DNA of 63,825 nt, counting the filler, from Reclinomonas americana ATCC 50394 (lineage: Eukaryota): assembly GCA_048213135.1 (NCBI GenBank). It is 5 parts of 2 records of this genome, joined end to end, with 100 filler letters (N's around TTAATTAATTAA, not from the genome) between each part and the next. Parts side by side here need not be neighbours in the genome. Positions count along the whole stretch, not along the records: positions 41,248 to 57,522 come from PS015346.1; positions 57,623 to 62,311 come from PS015346.1; positions 62,412 to 63,825 come from PS015359.1; 2 more parts are not named here. One strand, 5' to 3'. Below the pieces are notes generated by a model. That model was given only the letters and a program-made list of their open reading frames with translations. It was not told the DNA's origin and did no database searches. The stretch's first letter is position 1, and each line of letters begins with the position of its first letter. Made by a program: the position numbers and the translations under genes. Of the stretch, positions 57,413 through 63,825 are shown in pieces.

Positions 57413-57485
57413 GTGTGTGTTGAATCGCCTCGCGTTCATCTCTCTCTCTCTCTCCCTTCCTCTCGCTCTCCCTCGCTTCCTCTTG

Positions 57486-57516
<31 letters not shown>

Positions 57517-58385
57517 CCTCCCNNNNNNNNNNNNNNNNNNNNNNNNNNNNNNNNNNNNNNNNNNNNTTAATTAATTAANNNNNNNNNNNNNNNNNNNNNN
57601 NNNNNNNNNNNNNNNNNNNNNNAAATCTGTGCAAGTGGGAAAAGGAGATGAGATGGATGGGGAAGAGAGGAGAGGGAAGAGAGGGTAGGGAGGGAGAAGG
57701 GAGGGAGAAGGAAGGGAGAATGAAGGGAAGGAGGGTGGGAGAGAGAATAGAGGAAAGAGAGAAGGGAGAGAGAGAAAGAGACAGAAAGAGACAGAGGGAG
57801 AGGGAAAAGGGGGAGAGAAACGTGAGAAGGGCGAGAGAGAAGCGCGAGAGACAAGGCAAATGGAAACGACGGAACAGAGAGTAGGAGTGACGGATGAGAT
57901 GAAATGGAGAGTAGGAGTGACGGATGAGATGAAATGGAGAGAAGAAAGGAAGGGAAATGAATGGTGACGAAAGAGATGGGAGAGAGAAGAAAGGAAGAAA
58001 ACATCAAGGAGAGACGAGAAGATGGTGAAAATTGAGGGGAGAGAGGGAGAGGAAAGGGCGAGAGTAAAAGGTTAGAGACAGGGGAATGGAAAAGACGGAA
58101 GAGAGAGTAGAAGTGATGGATAAGATGAAACGGAGAGAAGGAAGGGAAAGAGAGATAGCGCGGAAAGAGAAGAAAGAGAAGAACGAGAGAGAGAAGGGAG
58201 GGAAGAAAGGGAGAGAGAAAAGAGAACACAGAAAGACAAACGGAGAGAGACAAGGGAGGGGGAACGAGAAACGCGCGGGAAAGAAAGAAGGGAGAAGACA
58301 GAGAAGGAAAATAGACAGAACGGAGAGCGAAAGGAGGCATAGAGTGGAAAGAATTTTAAGAGTAACGTGTTACCCAAAACACACA

Positions 58386-61300
58386 CCTCATTGGTGATCT
58401 CCTCCTGCAGCTTCTGGCACAACTCCGTCTGCTGATCCATCTCGTCCTGGAGTTGGAGTATCTCAGAGTGCCATTCGGCACACAGTTGCAGGGCCTCGGC
58501 ACGCTCTCGTTCCGCCACCGACAGCGCCTCTTCCATGTGTCGTGCAGTCATCCCTGATGCCGCCTGCTGGTTCTGCAGCAAGCTCGTCAGTTGCTGCACG
58601 CGGGTGTGATGTAGTGCGTGCAGCTTGTCGAGTTGCGCTCTCGAAACGTCGACCAGAGCGTCCACCGAACTCGAGGCGGTGTGACGGACCACGCGGCACT
58701 TGCTGAGCTGCGCGGTGCACACATGGTACAAGGCCTGCGACACCTCGGCGTCGCGCACTGACCGATCACGTTCCCGTTGCACACGCGCCAGTTGCTGCAA
58801 GGCCACATGCAGGTCCTCTTCTTGCTGCTCCTTGGCAGCACGGACGTGCAGAAGCTCTGCCGCGCGGTCATGAGGGGAAAGGGAGGAGCGCGAACGCATG
58901 CATCAACACGACACCATCCATACCTTGCTCAACGCCATCCAGTGACGACCTGGACAGTGCGAGTTCTGCTTCCACGGAGCGCAAGTGCGCCAATGTGTCG
59001 TCAACCTGGCGCTCCAATGCACCGACCGTCGCCTGCAGCTCTGTTGTTGACGACGAGCGGAAAGCGATGAGTTTGTGAAAGCAACATAAAGGACAAAATC
59101 GCATCAACAAACCGTCGCGTTCCCTCTTGGTGGCATCCAACTCGTCAAGTGTGGCAGTCACGCTGTCGTGCGCCCGGGCAAACTCGGCCTGCACTTCTGC
59201 CAAGGCCGTTCGCGTGTCGTCCAGATTCGCGCACGTGACACGCAGTTTTTCCATCGACGATCGCACATACTCGCTGTCCACCAACGGAGATGCAGCGGTG
59301 ACCGCCGCCACCGCCGCCGTCACCGCATCGGCCACAATGGCGGAGGTAATGGGCGGATCAGAGATCAGCACGGCGGCCTCTTCCGCCTCCGCCTCCAGCT
59401 GCTCGACATGCAGAAGCAACTCATCGCGCTCGCGCTTCACACGCTCCAGCTCGTCGCTGACCAACTCGTGCACCGTCTCCACATCGTCCAAGTTGTGCCG
59501 CAGCGCGTCGCTCATTTCCTCACGCAGTCGATCGAACTGCTGCCGCTCGACCACCAGCTGCGCCTCGAGCTGCGCCACCCGTACACGCCACGCCACGTCG
59601 CCACCAGCACCGGTGCCATCGTCCTGACTGGCGGCCAGTAGTGCGCCGCGTAACCTGCTGACCTCGGTCTCGAGCTGCTGAATGCGCGCGCTCGCACCCC
59701 GATCCTGGTCCTGGTCGGCCAACAACGACAGCGGTGACTCGACATCGCGCAGCTGCTCTTCCAGCTCGACCAGGCCCGCGCGGCACTCGCCGACGTCCTC
59801 GTACAGGTGGTCAATAGAAGAGGATGATGAAGTGGAAGAAGAGGCGGTGGTGGTGGTAGTCGTGGTCGCATCGGTGGCCGCCGACTCGTGATCACGGTCG
59901 GCCACATTGCGCGTCACGTGGGTGCCGCGGCATACGTCGGCCAGCGCCATGCGGTGCCATTGGCGGGGTTCGCGGTCGCGGAGGTCGGTGATGTGGGGGA
60001 CTGCAATAGGGGGAAGGGGTTAATAGGGGAAGGGTGACAGGGACAGGGTGAGGAGAGTGGAGAGAAGCATGATGGAGGTGCGGCGACTCTACGATCTCTG
60101 TGTGAAGGAGTGCGATGAAACAATGGACTTGCAACTGCAGAAGGAGGGGGAGAGGCGCGACGGAGGAGCGGCAGTCAGATTGCAATGGGTGATGATTGAT
60201 GGTGCAAGAGAAAGTGAGGAGAGAGAGAGAGGCGCGACGGAGGTGCGGTGATACGAAGATCTCACAAGCAGTGTGCAGAGAGAACGATGAAGGATCGCGC
60301 AATTGCAGAGGGAGAGGACGAAGCACAGTGGAGGTGGTAAAAGATCGTGCAAGAGAAGAGTGAGGGGAGAAGGAGAAGCGCGACAGAATTGCGACGATAC
60401 GAAGATCTCAGCCAGAATGCGAAGGGAAAGACAAATGGCTGTGTCCAGCTCAAACGGCCGAGAGAGGGAAATGAGGAATGTGTGCGATGACGATGAAGGA
60501 TCGTGCACGAAATGAGTGGGGGAAGAGGGAGAAGCGACGGAGGCGAACTGGGATGAAGGATGATGAGAATCGAGTATGGTGCAACTGCAGCAGGAGAGGG
60601 ATAGGCGCGACGGAGGTGAGGCGATACGAAGATCTGTCTCGGATAGTGTGCGACGAGATACGACGATAGTGACAAGCACGGAGGTGCGGCACGCAAAGTG
60701 TGAGGGGCGAGGGGAGAAGGAGAAGCAAGGCGATAAGAAAGTCTGCCTGGGATGAATGGCGATGAGAACCGATGAAGGATTGTGCGACCGCAGAAGAGAG
60801 AGAAACGCGACGGAGGTGCGGCGATACGAAGATCTGTCTGAATGACGATCTGAAGGCGAACAGTGTTACGATATCTTTGAGAAAAAGGACGAGGCTCCCA
60901 TCTGAGAGGAAGAGTGAGCAACGCGGCGATCGCTGCGAGTATGATGATCTCGCCGACGACGCGAGAGAAAGAGTGAGAGGATGCAAGGAAAGGCCCTCTC
61001 AAATGCGCGATCAGGACGTGATATCTCTTCTCTCTCTGCACCTCTCTCTCTCTCTCTCTCACTCTCTCTCTCTNNNNNNNNNNNNNNNNNNNNNNNNNNN
61101 NNNNNNNNNNNNNNNNNNNNNNNNNNNNNNNNNNNNNNNNNNNNNNNNNNNNNNNNNNNNNNNNNNNNNNNNNNNNNNNNNNNNNNNNNNNNNNNNNNNN
61201 NNNNNNNNNNNNNNNNNNNNNNNNNNNNNNNNNNNNNNNNNNNNNNNNNNNNNNNNNNNNNNNNNNNNNNNNNNNNNNNNNNNNNNNNNNNNNNNNNNNN

Positions 61301-62284
61301 NNNNNNNNNNNNNNNNNNNNNNNNNNNNNNNNNNNNNNNNNNNNNNNNNNNNNNNNNNNNNNNNNNNNNNNNNNNNNNNNNNNNNNNNNNNNNNNNNNNN
61401 NNNNNNNNNNNNNNNNNNNNNNNNNNNNNNNNNNNNNNNNNNNNNNNNNNNNNNNNNNNNNNNNNNNNNNNNNNNNNNNNNNNNNNNNNNNNNNNNNNNN
61501 NNNNNNNNNNNNNNNNNNNNNNNNNNNNNNNNNNNNNNNNNNNNNNNNNNNNNNNNNNNNNNNNNNNNNNNNNNNNNNNNNNNNNNNNNNNNNNNNNNNN
61601 NNNNNNNNNNNNNNNNNNNNNNNNNNNNNNNNNNNNNNNNNNNNNNNNNNNNNNNNNNNNNNNNNNNNNNNNNNNNNNNNNNNNNNNNNNNNNNNNNNNN
61701 NNNNNNNNNNNNNNNNNNNNNNNNNNNNNNNNNNNNNNNNNNNNNNNNNNNNNNNNNNNNNNNNNNNNNNNNNNNNNNNNNNNNNNNNNNNNNNNNNNNN
61801 NNNNNNNNNNNNNNNNNNNNNNNNNNNNNNNNNNNNNNNNNNNNNNNNNNNNNNNNNNNNNNNNNNNNNNNNNNNNNNNNNNNNNNNNNNNNNNNNNNNN
61901 NNNNNNNNNNNNNNNNNNNNNNNNNNNNNNNNNNNNNNNNNCCCTCTCCCCGCCTCCTCCTTCGCACTCACCAACATCCTCCTCGCCATCCACCAGCCGC
62001 TCCATGAGCACCCGCACCGCCTCATCCATCCGATCGAGCAGCGATGTGGCATGCACGACGAGCGTACGCGCACGCAACACCACAGGCATTGAGCCACCAC
62101 CGCTCCCGTGATGCGAATGATGATGATGATCGTGGAGATTGCTTGGTTTGGACTCGTCATTGACAATCACTAATGGTGGTGGCTGCTGCTGTTGTTGTTG
62201 TAATGGTTGTTGTTGTGGTGGTGGTAATGCAGTCACTGGCAGTGACGATGTCGTCGAGGAGGGTGGCGGGAGGGCTGACGCCAT
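58386..62284 (-). CDS. Long coiled-coil protein (multi-exon, 3' end truncated)
   Basis: E/L/R/Q heptad-rich exons at about 58386-58860, 58920-59040 and 59113-60000; first exon MASALPPP at 62284. No family recognised. Confidence 0.7.
60050..61020. repeat. Intronic degenerate repeat array
   Basis: GCGCGACGGAGGTGCGGCGATACGAAGATCT and GATGAAGGATCG-like blocks recur about 5 times. Confidence 0.75.
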
Positions 62285-62411
62285 GAGAGCGGGACCAACC
62301 GAATACAGCGGNNNNNNNNNNNNNNNNNNNNNNNNNNNNNNNNNNNNNNNNNNNNTTAATTAATTAANNNNNNNNNNNNNNNNNNNNNNNNNNNNNNNNN
62401 NNNNNNNNNNN

Positions 62412-63127
62412 GCCTTGTCGGCGGTCGGCAGCTTCGGCAGCGCCTTGGCCGGCTCCTTGCCGGTGACGGCATAGGCCTTGATCGTGCCGGCCTCGACATT
62501 GGGGACGACGTTGACGATCTGGTCGCAGATGAAGTCGACCTGCTCGCCGATCAGATCGTTCATCGCCGGCCCGCTGCCGCGATAGGCCACCTGCGTCAGC
62601 TTGACGCCTGCCGCATCGGCGAAGAGCAGGCCGCACAGATGCGAGGCCGAGCCGACGCCGGCATGCGCGTAGGTCGTCTTGTCGGCGTTCTGCTTCACAT
62701 AGGCGATGAGCTCGGCGAAGCTCTGGGGAGCGAGTTGCTTCCGCGCGACGAAGACCGAGGGCAGCTCGGCGACGAGGCCGATCGGCTCGAAATCCTTCAT
62801 CACGTCGTATTTCAGGTTCGGGTAGAGGAACGGATTGGTCGCCTGGCTGACATGGATCAGCAGCAGCATATGCCCGTCCGGAGGCGCCGAAGCGACCCGC
62901 GCGCTGCCGATCGTGCCGCCCGCGCCGGCGATGTTCTCCACGACGACTTGCTGCTTGAGGGGGCCGCTCATCGCCTGCGCCAGGATGCGCGTCAGCGTGT
63001 CGCCGGGCCCGCCCGCGGCGTAGGGCATCACCATCGAGATCGGCTTGCTCGGGAAATCCTGCGCCAAGAGGGGCGGCGAGGCGGCGAGGACAAGGCCGGC
63101 GGCCAGACTGAGGATTGCAGCTTTCAT
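62412..63127 (-). CDS. Bacterial tripartite tricarboxylate transporter substrate-binding protein (Bug/TctC family), 3' truncated
   Basis: Signal peptide, FPSKPISMVMPYAAGGPGD, VVVENIAGAGGTIG, HAGVGSASHL, VAYRGSGPAMNDL; intronless with high GC3. Confidence 0.93.
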
Positions 63128-63202
63128 GGTCGTTCTTCCCTGTGAGATGTCGATTGGCGGGACGCTCTTGCGGCGCCTTGCGATGCGGTCGGTTCGAAGA
63201 AC

Positions 63203-63825
63203 TCAGGCCGCGGACCGTGCGGCGGCGGATGATTTCCCGAGCACCCGGTCGATCATCTCCCCGGCGAGGCCGAGATAGTTCGCCGGGTCGCAGCAGCGCT
63301 CGATCTCTTCGCGGCTGCCGAGCGCCTCCACCACTTCCGGTATGCCGGCGAGGATGTCGGCGAGGCGCCCGCCATGCTCGATCGCCTGCCGGCAGGCGCC
63401 GTAGACGACGTCATGCGCATGCTGGCGGCCGAGCCTGGGCGCCGCCGCCATCATCACCGCTTCGGCCACGATCAGCCCGCCGGTGAGGTCGAGATTGGCG
63501 CGCATGCGCTGCTCGTGGACGACGAGCCCGCCGAGCATGAAGTTCGCATTGGCGAGCGCGGAAGCCGTCAGCAGGAAGCTTTCCGGCAGGGCGATCCATT
63601 CCAGGTGCCAGGGCCCGGTCGCTCGCTCGAAATCATGGATCATGCCGTCAAGCATGGTCGCGACGTGCTGGCGCACGGCCTTGGCTGCCGCGAGGATGAG
63701 TTCGCTGGAGATCGGATTGCGCTTCTGCGGCATGGTCGAGGAGGCGCCGCGCCCCGGCACGAAGGGCTCGGAGACCTCGCCGAACTCCGTTGCCATCATC
63801 AGCATGACGTCGGTGGCGATCTTGG
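63203..63825 (-). CDS. pcaB: Bacterial fumarate-lyase superfamily enzyme, probably 3-carboxy-cis,cis-muconate cycloisomerase (5' truncated)
   Basis: Signature GASSTMPQKRNP, HDFERATGPWHLEW, RMRANLDLTGGLIVAEAVM, DPANYLG. An adenylosuccinate-lyase-like paralogue cannot be excluded. Confidence 0.65.
   Translation of the reverse strand, partial: KIATDVMLMMATEFGEVSEPFVPGRGASSTMPQKRNPISSELILAAAKAVRQHVATMLDGMIHDFERATGPWHLEWIALPESFLLTASALANANFMLGGLVVHEQRMRANLDLTGGLIVAEAVMMAAAPRLGRQHAHDVVYGACRQAIEHGGRLADILAGIPEVVEALGSREEIERCCDPANYLGLAGEMIDRVLGKSSAAARSAA

Noticed and set aside
62412..63825. Horizontal gene transfer into the eukaryote
   Set aside because: There is no physical linkage to host sequence, no introns and no compositional amelioration.

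Overview
The window is five unrelated contigs joined by N-padded TTAATTAATTAA linkers: about 1-20032, 20133-41147, 41248-57521, 57623-62311 and 62412-63825. It also has internal N gaps and TACG-like read-end noise. The first four contigs come from an intron-rich, GC-rich, microsatellite-rich eukaryote, probably a protist; I cannot identify the taxon. The supplied ORF track is therefore mostly exon fragments, and I rebuilt gene models by hand from GT-AG boundaries and protein motifs. Eukaryotic genes: RhoGAP; a TerD+LRR fusion; two paralogues of an unrecognised, possibly DNA-binding family; a head-to-head pair of vWA-FN3-IFI44-like GTPases, one intact and one degenerate; Borealin-like; an NLR-like STAND ATPase-TPR; PIG-S; WD40; an N-acylated, possibly LCIB/beta-carbonic-anhydrase-like protein; IDH3 catalytic subunit; an ankyrin-EDR1-kinase; and a coiled-coil protein. 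The last contig is bacterial (Bug/TctC plus a fumarate-lyase-family gene, probably pcaB) and is most likely co-cultured or contaminant DNA. Two observations stand out. (1) About 25 inferred introns use a +1-shifted donor, GTTGCG(T) or GTTTCG, nearly always without exonic -1 G, alongside ordinary G|GTGCGT/G|GTGAGT donors. (2) The divergent active/degenerate IFI44-like GTPase pair resembles a paired immune module. All splice calls are unverified manual inferences.
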